Assembly (NCBI RefSeq): GCF_006345805.1 | Contig: NC_043009.1 | Location: 47,120,001 to 47,184,000 of the forward strand | Direction: 5' to 3' | Source: Octopus sinensis | Taxonomy: Eukaryota | DNA length: 64,000 nt | In this document: piece after piece, positions 50,859 to 63,402 of the stretch | Layout: every line of letters begins with the position of its first letter | Numbering within the stretch: the stretch's first letter is position 1 | Translations under genes and position numbers: made by a program | Notes under the pieces: model-generated | The model's database searches: none | Seen by the model: only the letters and a program-made list of their open reading frames with translations | What the model was told of the DNA's origin: nothing

Positions 50859-51470
50859 AAATATATACAACATTTTGAGTTACTGTTTTGGCTTTGAGGT
50901 TTAAAGCATTATTATATATCGGCTTTTCAACACTTCATCTGTAAGCGGCTTCAGATATGAATGCAGGTAAAATGTTGTGCCCCTTATTCCTGGTTTATAT
51001 TTGTTTGTTAGTCAGAGTTATATAAAAGATATTCATCTTAACATTTGACTTGTTGATAGATTCTAAGTTGTTCTAAACCGTTAAGTTGGGAGTTGCCAGT
51101 GTTGCTATAATATATGCAAATGGGTGTTATGCGAACGTGTCAAAAATAGAAACTATACGATCATTAGAATAACTCCCAAACTTGGTCATGGATCTCATCA
51201 AGGAACTGGAATTTCATAGTAGAGTGAGGAGCGATCGTATATGTTTAAATAGTAAACTTTCACTAATGACCTGTTGGAACACCATATTTCGTTATGCAAC
51301 CATAATGAGCTCCCAAAGAAAGGTTTTAAATTGTAATCTTTAAGCTGGTGGCGAATTAGTAGAGTTGTTAGAGCGTCGGCTTGAAGGCCTCGTGACATTT
51401 TTTTTTTTACTATGCGCTCTGTGATCAAATCTCGCCGAAGTCAATTTTGTTCTTCATATTTTCAGTGTTG

Positions 51471-51963
51471 ATAAAAAAGTACCAATTCAGGTAATGGATT
51501 CGTGGAGCTATAAGAATATCGGACCAGATGTCCCGCGTTATTTGTTCTGGCTCTTTGCATTCTGAGTTCAAATCCTGCATGCCCTATTTAGATGGTAGAC
51601 TTAATCTGTCACCCAGTTGAAGGTACCACCAGGCACCTTTGGTACTTATTACCTCTGTTGCAAGCATTCGAGCCGGGCCTCTGGTTTCACGATACCTTCC
51701 ACCCTCCCTGCCAACAGTCTCAGAGACTCTACAGAGAGTTATGGATACTACATTCCATGATAACTGGAAGAAAAAAAGAAAAAGAAAAGCAAGAGCAGAT
51801 AAGGATCTCTTCTCTGCTTCCTCAGTATAAAAAAGTACCAATTCAGGCGATGGATTGGTGGAGCTGTAAGAATATCGGACCAGGTGTCTCGCGTTATTTG
51901 TTCTGGGTCTTTGCATTCTGAGTACAAATCCTGCATGCCCTATTTAGATGGTAGACTTAATCT
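51471..51963 (+). repeat. ~137-bp direct repeat (51471-51607 and 51827-51963)
   Basis: Both copies run ataaaaaagtaccaattcagg...catgccctatttagatggtagacttaatct, offset 356 bp. Confidence 0.9.
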
Positions 51964-52237
51964 TTATATATAAAACTGAAGTTGTGTGTGTGTTTGTCTA
52001 CTCCAATTTAGATTCCTAACTACTCCCACAGTTTAACCAAAAGCGTGATTCATATCGAGCCCTTCTGGGTATTAGCACGCGTCTACGATGAGTCTACGAT
52101 TTAAAAAAAATTTACCATCATTTTTCCGCATTTTTAATGATTTTTTGCTCGGTTTATATAAGGGAAGTAACTCTCTAAAAATGCTTATATACTTATTTCC
52201 CTTACAAACCCGAGCAACGCCGGGCGATACTGCTAGT
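51960..52237 (-). mobile_element. Non-autonomous Helitron/Helentron-like element, same termini as 20245-20639
   Basis: Reverse complement starts with the identical actagcagtatcgcccggcgttgctcgggtttgt and ends cacaacttcagttttatatataaagat. Confidence 0.6.
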
Positions 52238-52624
52238 TTATCATATAGTTTTAATAACATATCCTTGTAGTTGTACTTTCAATAAATATTACAAATAGAA
52301 ACTAATAAAAACAAGGTGAAACAAGACACTTCTATTGTTAACATTTGAATGAGTTTTTTTTTATGTCACAAAAAAAAAACATGTCCAGCTTTGTGTCGCA
52401 GAAACGCATGGGGATGCATCTTTTCCATTATTATCTTAACCACCACACTCGTTATCTTCATCTTTATTGCCATGACTAATCTCATCGTAGTCGTTGTCAC
52501 CCCGCTCCATCATCATCCTTCCTTCCTTATCATTGTTATCATCATCCGAACCCCCGTCATGTACATCTCTGTCTTAAAGTCTAATTGTGCGTTTTTAATT
52601 CTTTTAGTCCTGGCTGCATAATCT

Positions 52625-52901
52625 TTAGACTTCAGATTTAGATTTCTGAAAAAAATCTTCTGTAACATTTTTCGTTATTTCCCACTGCATGACTTCTGAA
52701 TCCGTTTCTTGTGTCTTGGTTAGTTTCAGTGTAAAATTGTCGTTTGTCATAGTTGCCATAGTGATAAATATTTCATCTCTTAAATCTTTAAAGATTGATG
52801 ACATATTTACTAAATATAGCAGAGGCAAGTTTAAGGTTTTGACATTGGAAACCTCATCAAGGAACCCAATATCGTTTCTGTCTTGCCCCACAAGTTGCCA
52901 G
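52625..52901 (-). CDS. Candidate terminal exon of an unidentified antisense gene or pseudogene
   Basis: ttctgttttaaag acceptor, stop-free non-repetitive frame WQLVGQDRNDIGFLDEV...QKSKSEV*, and AATAAA 157 nt downstream (52468-52463). No homology recognised. Confidence 0.25.
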
Positions 52902-55204
52902 CTTTAAAACAGAACGTTTGATATGATATTAATAATTGTTTTCTTTGAATGTATTGACAATTATTATTGACCATCATTTGGATGGAAAACATTCAATTTC
53001 TGACCACCATATATATTTATATTTTCCTGGACTTGTTCATGTTGTTAGTTTTTGAATAGCCTAATAAAAATATTTCGTTCGTGCGCCAAATTACGCAACA
53101 ACTAGTCAAATTTAATGTTAAATTATTAAAAAAAAACAGATATACAGATAGATGTAATTTATACTGACTTGCTTTCTTGCTTTTCTGAAGTACTTCGTCA
53201 AAATTACTCAAGAAAAGTAGTACTGAAATCGGATCGCGAACATGGTTCGCAAGAGCTTACTTGATTTAGGCATCAATTTATAAAGTAAAATGTTTGTTTT
53301 GACATGATGAACGGTCAATTTTGTAAGAAAGAAGTAAATCCGTTTATGTAAACTCAATATTGCTAAAGTACTGAATTTATCGACTTCCAAGTGAAGGACG
53401 CTGTTGATCCGAGAAAAAGGAAAAATCGATGTTGGTATGGCAACAGTTATGGTCGCAGCCGTAAGGGATGAGAATAAATTCAAGAACATGTTGGAACCGT
53501 GACTTGCTTCTGACATTGTCATCGACTTCAGTGAAATACAATATTTACAACATTGACCGTACCTCAGATCTCAGCTTTCGACTGCAGGGAGCGAAAACAC
53601 AGCAGTCTCAAGGAAATTCTCATAGTTCTTGAATCACAAAATAGAAAATAATATAAAGTAAAATTCTGACAGATCGATGAAGACATCTGTAGGTATTCTA
53701 TATCGATGCTTTCTTACTACATGAAAGTATAATCTTATCTACTTTTCACTTGTCCACAACTTTGTACAGTTCTTTATCTTGTAGGATTGTCTTTCCTCTT
53801 AAACAGTCACAACGTAAAGTCTAAATAGACTTCAGCGCTTTCATTCTTACAGATTCCTTCCATAAATCCACTAATTATATACTGGGATTGTGCTGGATGA
53901 ATAGACAAAATAGCAACTTTCGACCAATGGGGGATATAATTTGTTTACTGACGTCAGCATTCTCTTATTGACATCATCCAAAATGTTTTTATTCATACGG
54001 ATGTTTAGCTAAGTAATTGTTTGTTCCCTATCATCAGGCTAGAACGTATCTCAAGTTCGAGGTAAGTTACCATGTCTCAAGTTTATTCTGATAATAATCT
54101 ACAACGCAACGTTTAATCAGTTACTAGCTTATCATATGATATTCTATTTTGATACTATTTTATCAGATAGTATTTTATGAAATACTATTTTATGATATAT
54201 TATTTTATCATTCACGAAGTTTTGTCAGTGAACAGGTCGCGGTCTCAAAGCGACGAAAATATTTTGAGAAATTAAATTTAAAAGTTGTAGTGAATCTAAT
54301 AGTTTTTGTGTGTCTCTTAAATGGCTTATTAACACCTTCCACGCTGCAATTGTTTTCGTTCCAGCACACGATCTCAGATCAGGTCACTTGCTATGCAAGT
54401 ACATCTCCGTAATATTTTATCATTCCACATTCTAAATTCACATCCCACAGCAGTTAATTTTGCTTTGCATCCTTTCGGGGACGATAAAATAAAATGCCAA
54501 TCAAAATAAAGTATCAATTGACGAAATAAAGTGCCAGTCAAGACTAGGGTCGATGATATCAACCGAGTTCCTCCTTTGAAAATTTCCCCTTATTCCATCA
54601 GATTCTCTTTTCTGAGTCAGTTCTCTAACAGATATTACTTTATCAGGATAACTTGTGAGCCATCAACAAGCCGCTATATGTAACATCCGGTCACCTCTTC
54701 ACCTCAGCATTTAATATTCAATCAGATAATCATTTATGGATGTCAGACACAGGATATGCCAGCTTGATCTGGGTTACAAACTTATTACTGGCAAGTAACT
54801 TTACATTAACCAGTCAATCATTTTGCAATGTTATATTACGTATTACTATAACATAAATCAATTAATTATTCAACAGAGAAAAACGTCAAAACGAGGTGAA
54901 AATATATCATGATTTATTCAAAATGTCCGCAATTAGTTAATTGGAATTTAATTTGGACTTGTTCTGTCGAAATCAAATAATCGATAATATTGATATTCCA
55001 GAGAATATATACATTCACTTACCAGCTGTTATTATATGGTATTGGCGATATTTTTTTTAATACTGCAGTAACGCGTTCCGTTGGTCACATACGAAAGATT
55101 TCACCCTAAATTTGTTGTTTCCAATTTCAGAGAAGGCAAGAGTGTACAAAAATGGTAGACTTCTGGATTGAATACTTTTCATTATTCGCATTATTAGTTC
55201 CGTT

Positions 55205-55665
55205 AAGGTGGCGAGCTGGCAGAATCATTATCGCACCGGGTACAAAATGCTTACGTTCTGAGTTCAAATGCCGCTGGGGTCGACTTTACTTTTGGGGGGG
55301 ATCGATAAAATAAGTACCAGTTGAGTACTGGAGGCGATGTAATCGACTTAGCCATCCCACGAAAAAAAAATTGCTGGCTTTGTGCAAAAATTTGAAACCA
55401 TTATTTAGTTCCATCAAGGCGGCGAACTGACAGAATCGTTACCGTATCGGACTAAATGCTTAGCTGCATTTCAACTGGATCTTTACATTCTGAGTTCGAA
55501 TACTGCCAGAGCACCACTTTGCCTTCTCATCTTTTCAGGATCGATAAAATGAGAACTAGTTAAGCAATGAGGTCGATAAAATGAGTACCAGTCAAGCACT
55601 GGGGTCGATGTAATCGACTTCTTTCTCCCTTTAAAATTGCTGGCCTTGTGCCAAAATTCGAAGCC
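55205..55665 (+). mobile_element. Two consecutive family B-related SINEs
   Basis: Heads aaggtggcgagctggcagaatc (55205) and aaggcggcgaactgacagaatc (55417), each with an aaattgctggc(c/t)ttgtg tail. Confidence 0.75.
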
Positions 55666-56744
55666 ATCATTTAGTTCAGTCAATCAATGTTGCAAATTCA
55701 AATCCCAACGAAGACGATTTTAAAACTTTCAACCCTCTCTGGATCGACGAAATAAATATCTGACTCGTACTGGCTTCAGCTAATCAGTGTACAACTTCTC
55801 TGTTATTAATCCCTTTATGTCAATGAAGAAAATTTCTGTTTGCATACCTGTTTCCACTATCTGTAGATGTGAAAACATTAAACATCTTCTTGTACAACCT
55901 TGTGATATTCGTCGTTTCAGAACGTGTTTAAAGTATATATATCATAATATCAATGGGTTACCTTTGTACTAACAATCGTCTTCGTTCTCTATAATTCGTC
56001 TGTCAAAGCACGGAAGCTACGAATTACAGAAACGAAATCGAAATAGTTTTCTTCGGTGATATGTATTCCGGCATTTTGTATAATGTATCGTAAGTTTCAA
56101 TAAAAATACCTGCCAACTAACTACCTTCATTTAACACTCGTAAATATACACACAGCTATTAGTAGCCATAGTTATTTAAACAGGCAGTCGGGCGTGATGC
56201 TAATTGAATTAGATTCAAATACTCAAGCTTCAACCGGAAGTAAGACTCATTTAAATCTTATAATTATTTACAAATTGAACTTGGGTTGACGTGTTACCCT
56301 GAAGATCTTCTACAGCAAAGTAAGTAAACAAATCATTTCGTAAGACAGGTATAGATGCTTCTTTTTTCGTTTTGCTTACGATTTATGTAACAGCAAACGT
56401 TGTGATATCTCTAATTATCAGTGCAAATCGACTGCTCCCAATCTATCTTCGTTATTCTAATCTAATGAAATTTCCCTTTAACTTTAAAACAACTTTTCAT
56501 TATGTTTACTGTTCGTTGTTAAATAATTCTATTGCTCTAAAACCCTTAATATGTAAAAAGATCTCAATATATAACAGGGGTCCTCTAATATTTTGCAGTA
56601 GAATGTTCAGAATCCAAAAGAACGATTTTAGACTTTCTGTTTCTCTCTGTGTTACTTAATATTTTGTGAGATGAATTGTAACTTTCGGATTACCTTCATT
56701 AACTTTAAAGTATGTTACTCATAGACGCACACACGTGCTCGCGG

Positions 56745-57238
56745 CTATGTATGTATGTATGTATGTATGTATGTATGTATGTATGTATGTATGTATGTAT
56801 GTATGTATGTATGTATGTATGCATGCATATATGTATGTATGTATGTATGTATGCATGCATATATGTATGTATGCATGCATATATGTATGTATGCATGCAT
56901 ATATGTATGTATGTGTGTAAGTATGCATGCACGCATATATGTATATCTGTGTATGTGTGTGTGTGTGTGTTTGAATGTGAGTGTGTACATATATGCTTAT
57001 ATCTTGGTAGCCACTAGAAACAGCTGTCGGACTTGTAACATCATACCTTCTCCCCTTTAGTTTTTCTGTGTCTTTGTGCTTTTGTAAGTTTGCTATGATT
57101 ATATATAAATATCTATATTCTTATACAGGAATATTCATCGTCTGAAAACTTTCAGTCTTTGCTTTCTCTCTATTTACAAGTATATATGGATATATATTTT
57201 GTATATCAGACCCAAACAGCCTTATTTGTTTATTTGAA

Positions 57239-57279
<41 letters not shown>

Positions 57280-57286
57280 CTTTCTT

Positions 57287-57370
<84 letters not shown>
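56745..57370. repeat. (TATG)n, (CTTT)n, (CT)n and (TA)n microsatellites
   Basis: Directly visible. Confidence 0.93.
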
Positions 57371-57372
<2 letters not shown>

Positions 57373-57448
57373 GCATGTATGTATAAGTTGTATAGTTGCG
57401 TGCATATAGTTATATACATATACGAGTATGTATATATCATATATATAT

Positions 57449-57707
57449 GGTGGCGCAATGGGCCAGTGGTTAGGGCAGCGGACTCGCGGTCGTAGGATCG
57501 CGGTTTCGATTCCCAGACCGGGCGTTGTGAATGTTTATTGAGCGAAAACACCTAAAGCTCCACGAGGCTGTACTCTTTTGCCACAACTTTCTCTCACTCT
57601 TTCTTCTGTTGACCTGCTCGTTTAGTCAGCGGGGTGGCGTCATTTGAAGGCTAAAACAATGCGATGTGTAGCAACATCTGATAACCTGGTCGGTCACGGT
57701 GATCACG

Positions 57708-57712
<5 letters not shown>
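57449..57712 (+). mobile_element. SINE family C (tRNA-like head ggcgcaatgg..cagtggttagggcagcggactcgcggtc...gtttcgattcc)
   Basis: A and B boxes present; body ttgagcgaaaacacctaaagctccacgaggc; related copy on the minus strand at 23640-23945. Confidence 0.75.
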
Positions 57713-57746
<34 letters not shown>

Positions 57747-57848
57747 ATAGAAATGGTAAGACAACAAAAGAATGAAAGAGACCTCGATATTATGTAAATA
57801 GAGGAATTTATATGTAAATGTAATATGTGACAATTATTCGGTAGCCAC

Positions 57849-57908
57849 GATAAACTCCGAGTTTCGGATGTCGGGGTGAAAATCCACGCCGCCATCTCTT
57901 CAGTTATC
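57849..57908 (-). ncRNA. Type I hammerhead motif with extended stem II
   Basis: Minus strand: GAUAA-CUGAAGA-GAUG(22 nt)CAUC-C-GAAA-CUCGGAGU-UUAUC. Stem III ACUC-G-GAGU is a quasi-palindrome. Perfect stem I pairing leaves no H17, so this copy appears one nucleotide short. Confidence 0.5.
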
Positions 57909-58124
57909 CGGCCATGGGGAAAATGCTATGAAAATGACCGTGAAACAAAGGGAAATTACTGTGTGATAGCACAAAAACTGTTACTCAGAGACTCACGTTC
58001 CCGTTCGTCGGACAGTTTTTTTTAGAATGGAACCATGTATATATATATATATATGGAACGTGAAACTCTGAGTAACAGTTTTTGTGATATTTTGCTGCTT
58101 TTTAATAAAGTACATATAATATAC

Positions 58125-58295
<171 letters not shown>

Positions 58296-58896
58296 ATTTT
58301 TGCGTTGTCTCGATTTAAATCACATATACGATGTTAAATCGTTTTGTTTGTTTTGTTTGAACATGAAAGTTCAGCAGATAAAATGACTTAACAGAGTCTG
58401 ATATCAAAGGGAAGTAACTTTACAGTAGTGTTATGTTAATATATTTCGTTTTATAGTAATGAAAGTATTGAACTGAAGGTATTGCGACTCGGAAATAATA
58501 CCTGACTTTTCAAGGCCAAAGTGCTACAAGCATGACAATAACAGTGGCCTGGCATTGTGTCTCGTTCGAGTTGATCGCAAAGCAGACGAGAAAAGTAAAC
58601 CATTAATTTTGTGGAAGAATGTTGGTTGGCTCCCTACACATAACTTAGAAGGTCCCCAAGATCTTTTGAACGGCAGTTTTCAACACATTTTCTAGTTAAC
58701 TAAACACTTTTAAATTTCGTATCCCATAATCAAATACAGGTTTTTTTTATCGGTTAAAAAAGCTTTCTAGATTTTGTCCACAAACGATTTATAGATTCAG
58801 TCCACTAAACATTGTTCCATTCATAACAGCTGTAAATGATTCCCAATAATAAAATGAGATAATCAAGGTCTTTCGTCATACAATTTAAACATTCAC

Positions 58897-59235
58897 TACG
58901 TGGCTGTGTGGTAAGAAGTTAGTCTTTCAACCACATAGTTCCGGGTTCAATTCCACTGCGTAGTACTTTGGGATTGTGTCGACCAAAAGCCTTCTGAGTG
59001 GATTTGGAGACAGAATCACACACATACAAACACAAACACACGTGCTTTTGTATTAATGTTTGTCCCCACCACCGTTTGTCAACGGCATTTATTTACATCT
59101 TCGTAACTTGGTGGTCTGGCATAAAATATCGATAGAATAAACCACCAGGCTTCAGTATTCAGATCGATTCGTTCGACTAAAAACCCTTGTAGATGATGCC
59201 CCAGCATGACCGCAGTCTAGTGACTGAAACAATAA
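58897..59235 (+). mobile_element. SINE family A, old diverged copy
   Basis: gtggctgtgtggtaagaag...cagcatgaccgcagtc...gactgaaac. Confidence 0.65.
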
Positions 59236-59559
59236 ATGAAACAGATGAAAGATAAGCCCTTGCTATCATTTTGTTGAACTAGAAAAGAAACACAGTTTAA
59301 TATGTTTCTTCTCTTTATGAGAAGAAGAAGAAGAAGAAGAAGGTGGAGTATTAGTAGTAGTAGTAATAGGAGGAGGAGGAGGAGGATTGGCCAGTTATGG
59401 GTTCTTGGAATTGTTACACTTTAACTGATTCTTCTGTTTCTATTGGTGGACGAGAAACATATCGTATTGAGATTGGTAACAGGATGCTTCAGCGGGGAGT
59501 TTCGCCAATAATTTATCTTTTTCTTGTTTCCGTCATTTTTGATTGCGATCAAGCTGAGT

Positions 59560-59865
59560 CACCGCCTTGAAGGATTTTACTCGAACAAATCAACTCCCCG
59601 ACTTAGCCTGGTACTTATTCTATAGATTTTCTTTTGCCGAACCACTAATTTACGGGAATATAAACACACCAAGCAGTAGTGGGGGACAAACACAGACACA
59701 AAGACGTGCACACATGGACATATACACATATATATTCGACGGGATTCTTTCAAATACACTTCGGTCGGCCCAGGGCTATAATAGAAGATACTTACCCAAG
59801 GTGCCACGCAGTGGGACTGAACCCGGAACCATGTGGTTGAGAAGCAAGCTTCTTACAACACAGCC
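59560..59865 (-). mobile_element. SINE family A, diverged
   Basis: ccaaggtgccacgcagtgggactgaacccggaaccatgtgg on the + strand. Confidence 0.75.
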
Positions 59866-60315
59866 ATTGTTTCATTGTTGCTGTTCCGTGCCTTTCTCAA
59901 TAAACCGAACAATCAAACCAACGAAAGGCAAGCAATCACAGCATTAAGAACAGAACGTGGAAATATTAAAATATTCTGTGTTAGTTCTATTTTTACTTTT
60001 TTAAAAACGAAATATGTGTAAGTAAATTGCATTCTATTCAATGATAGATTATCATCATCACTCTTCCAAATACACCAGAGCGAACGCTTTATGTGATTAC
60101 TAGTTTAGCCACTTACGAATAGCAGAAAAATGCATGATAACTAAGAATGTCATTGAAACTAAATTGCTTAATTTAACTCAAACCTTGTCATCCGGAATAT
60201 AATGGTTGTATGTGAGTTAACGGGGGACATTTGAGCAGAGAATCAATGACAGCATTTTCGAGTCAGTTGTTAATCTAAGAGCAATTTCTTCGTTGACTAA
60301 TAAAAGAAAGGTACT

Positions 60316-60706
60316 ACTCTTTTACTCTTTTACTCTTTTACTTGTTTCAGTCATTTTGACTGCGGCCATGCTGGAGCACCGCCTTTAGTCGAGCAACTCG
60401 ACCCTGGGACTTATTCTTTGTAAGCCCAGTACTTATTCTATCGGTCTCTTTTGCCGAACCGCTAAGTGACGGGGACGTAAACACACCAGCATCGGTTGTC
60501 AAGCAATGCTAGAGGGACATACACAGACACACAAACATATACACACACATACATATATATACATATATACGACAGGCTTCTTTCAGTTTCCGTCTACCAA
60601 ATCCACTCACAAGGCTTTAATCGGCCCGAGGCTATAGCAGAAGACACTTGCCCAAGATGCCACGCAGTGGGACTGAACCCGGAACCATGTGGTTGGTTAG
60701 CAAGCT
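60316..60706 (-). mobile_element. SINE family A, near full length
   Basis: (ctctttta)n tail followed by the reverse-complement body and head. Confidence 0.9.
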
Positions 60707-61320
60707 AGAAATAGTAACTTAGTTTCGTAGTTATATTAAACAAGAATAATGATGTGGACATCAATAAATTTTTGTTCAATGAAATAATAAATTTCACATT
60801 CCTGAACTTTGGTTTCTGTAAAATAAGAGGTCAAAATATATTCTATGTAAAAGTTCAAAAACAAGATTCTCAATGAAGATGGAACAAACATATGCTTATG
60901 TTTCGGTGTCTTTTAAATACAATCATAAATGGTGGAAAGATAAAATGGCGGATTCCCGACTTGTTGGACAAACAAAACATGGCATAACTACAGTTGAGCA
61001 AAACCCTCAACTCTATTTTTCACAGTATACTTTTGGTTCGTTAGAAATAAGAATATTATTCTTTAGATTATTGAAAAGATTGAAAGTCTAGTTATAAATA
61101 ACGAAATATTTTAAAATATCATAGAGAACTCAATTATAGATTAAACAAAATAACAGAATATGATAAAAATGGAAACTGCTTTAAAATATATGTTGAAGAA
61201 AAGATATTTGGTCACAATATAGTAGAGAAATATCTATTAGATACAAGATGCAATATATAACAATGGGCGCAAGCATTGCCTCGCAATCATGTAGTTAGGT
61301 AACGTCGGGTTGACTAAATA

Positions 61321-61720
61321 CAAGTTCTGATCAATAAGTATCTGGACTCTTGCCATAGTAACGAAGCTATAGCATGCAGAGTGAAGCCGCTTGGCAGACA
61401 TTGACCTTGAACTCTGCTGTGCATGCGCGCTAAGTTTAAATGTTCTAGCTCACTTCCGCTGTTTACAGCGGTGCTTGGTAGGAAGGTGTGTAGCGTGTGA
61501 TCGTTACATTGACTATGACAGAGAAAGTTGTCATGGCGATACCCGCTCAGAGGCCTACACAAAGTTGCAGAAATTGTATGGAGAGGAGTGTATGAGCCTA
61601 CATACAAGAGTACGTGTGGTTAAGATGTTTCCAAGAAGGCCGAAAAAATGTCGATATTGACGAACGTTCTGAGAGACCCGTAACAGGCAGATCTGGTCGC
61701 GATCCAAAGGACTGCAAAAT
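61321..61720 (+). mobile_element. Decayed mariner 5' end (TIR-like start + HTH fragment, irritans-like)
   Basis: TA then caagttctgatcaataagtatctggact. Frameshifted peptide EAYTKLQKLYGEECMS.../YVWLRCFQEGRKNVDIDERSERP resembles a mariner N-terminal HTH. Confidence 0.65.
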
Positions 61721-62119
61721 AATTAAGATGGGAAAACACGTTGTTTCGATACGAAAGTGATATTACTATATAATATGAACTGACAGTAACGTGATGCAAA
61801 CAGTAATGTAGAAAGATAATTAGCATGGAAATGATGTTAAAGAGGCGATGGGAATATAGAAGAAAAATTGAAAAATTGACAGGATTAAGTATTGCCTATA
61901 TTAAGTATTTGCCTATATTCCACTGTGGAATATAGGCATATAGGCGTGTGCATAGAACCTGCCAGTAGACCAACAAAATGAATGCAAATTTTATGAATGA
62001 AACGATGGTTTGCCGAACGACTAAAATGTGGTGACAGTGAATAAAATATCTGTAATGCAATAACAATTTTAAATTCTTCCTTTCACAAATTATGAAATAA
62101 CTTCTATCATTTATTTCTG

Positions 62120-62156
62120 TCTGTTTATTTATTTTTTTCCTTTTATTTCTTTTCAG
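62120..62156 (+). promoter_or_regulatory. 3' splice site (polypyrimidine tract + TTTCAG) of the INF2 exon; exon begins at 62157
   Basis: T-rich tract ttttttccttttatttcttttcag ending at 62156. The frame stays open from 62157 to the ATG at 62190 (VIGHFAYVVRR-M). Confidence 0.8.
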
Positions 62157-62189
62157 GTTATCGGTCATTTTGCATATGTTGTTCGCAGA

Positions 62190-63063
62190 ATGTACAGTCT
62201 TTTCGGAAAGTCAAGCCATTCAGTGTCTGACGGTGTGGAAAATACGGCTACAGTGAGATCTAGTAATTTAAATCCGGATAAATCATCTGCTCACAATGGG
62301 ACCAGTATCGACTCTACAAAGAGATCAGACTACAACACGGAAGCCTGTCAGCGAGACGAGCACCATATCAAAGACTCTGTTTCAGAGAGTACAGACATGG
62401 CTGCCTCACATCAATGTATGGAGAGCGGCAACAATAGAAAGAAAAAGAAGAAGAAACCCAAGATCAAAAAGTGCTCGAAAGCCCAAAAATCAAATAACAC
62501 CATGAGTAATGAAAGTGATATGGAAGGCAAAATTGTTGATAAGAACATTCGAGATCAACATTGCGTCTCTGAGTCTTCATTATCAGGTTCTACTGGTAGC
62601 GAAGACGTTTTGACAGGGAATTCCGAAACACGGTTAACAAAAGACAATGGCGATGACAAAAAACCGGAAGCAGAAACAAGGGCAAAAATTTCCTCTGGAT
62701 GCAATTTACCACCAGCAAAAAGCAAGAAACTTCAAAAGAGTTTATCAAGGACGTTATCGAATTTAGATTTCGAGAACTGTAATCCAGAGATTTGTGTGAC
62801 CCTCATGCATCGGCCTTCAATCCAGAGTGTTGGAGCTCTTAAAAGAAAATTAAAGAGTTGTACAACTGAATGGCTTCAGTCGTTTGTAAAACAAGGCGGC
62901 CTCGACAACTTGCTAGATTTTAGCATAGGAGACCGCCATGTTATTCAATTATCAGATGCCTTATTACTATTGGAGTGTATTTCCTGTATTCGTGTCGTCA
63001 TGAACTCTCGGCAGGGACTTGAATATATCATAAATACAAATTATACCAAAAAGCTGGTAAAAA
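62190..63063 (+). CDS. INF2: First recognisable coding exon of inverted formin-2 (INF2/Form3-like formin): ~190-aa low-complexity N-terminal extension followed by the start of the DID (GBD/FH3) domain
   Basis: Translation NLDFENCNPEICVTLMHRPSIQSVGALKRKLKSCTTEWLQSFVKQGGLDNLLD...SDALLLLECISCIRVVMNSRQGLEYIINTNYTKKLVK aligns by eye with the human INF2 N-terminus (NLESADPELCIRLLQMPS...W..QFLEQSGLD...[26 protein letters not shown]). The ORF runs past a consensus GTAAGT donor at 63064 (phase 1), so the last residues in the ORF track are intronic read-through. Confidence 0.9.
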
Positions 63064-63069
63064 GTAAGT
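63064..63069 (+). promoter_or_regulatory. 5' splice site GTAAGT ending the INF2 exon
   Basis: Consensus GTAAGT where INF2 similarity ends; AT-rich intronic sequence follows. Confidence 0.8.
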
Positions 63070-63402
63070 ATACTAACATATTTCGTGTCTGATTCGTTTT
63101 ACCCTTTTGCTGTTCTATAATTTTTTAGAATAAATTATTTAATATTAAATGAAATCACAGAGCAATAAAATTAGTTTCTGAGTTGCAGAATCGATCATAT
63201 GTGAAAGCATAACAGAATAATTCAATAATTCAAGTACATAATTATTTCAAACTATATTTACTTATAAAATGAGTGAGTTTTAGCAAACCGAATTTAGTAA
63301 ACCGAATTTGGGAATTTATGATACCGAAACAAGAGGATTTCTGTAAATTTGCTACTAAATGCGAACAGCCAATGCACAATCAGGAAAAAAAAACTATTGT
63401 CC

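Noticed and set aside
51584-51936. Overlapping 109-110-aa ORFs on the minus strand
   Set aside because: They span duplicated SINE-derived sequence and an A-rich run; no coding signature.
57449-57525. tRNA-like sequences here and at all SINE heads (e.g. 3242, 27323, 30169)
   Set aside because: Acceptor and anticodon stems are broken, and each continues into a multi-copy SINE body; these are not functional tRNA genes.
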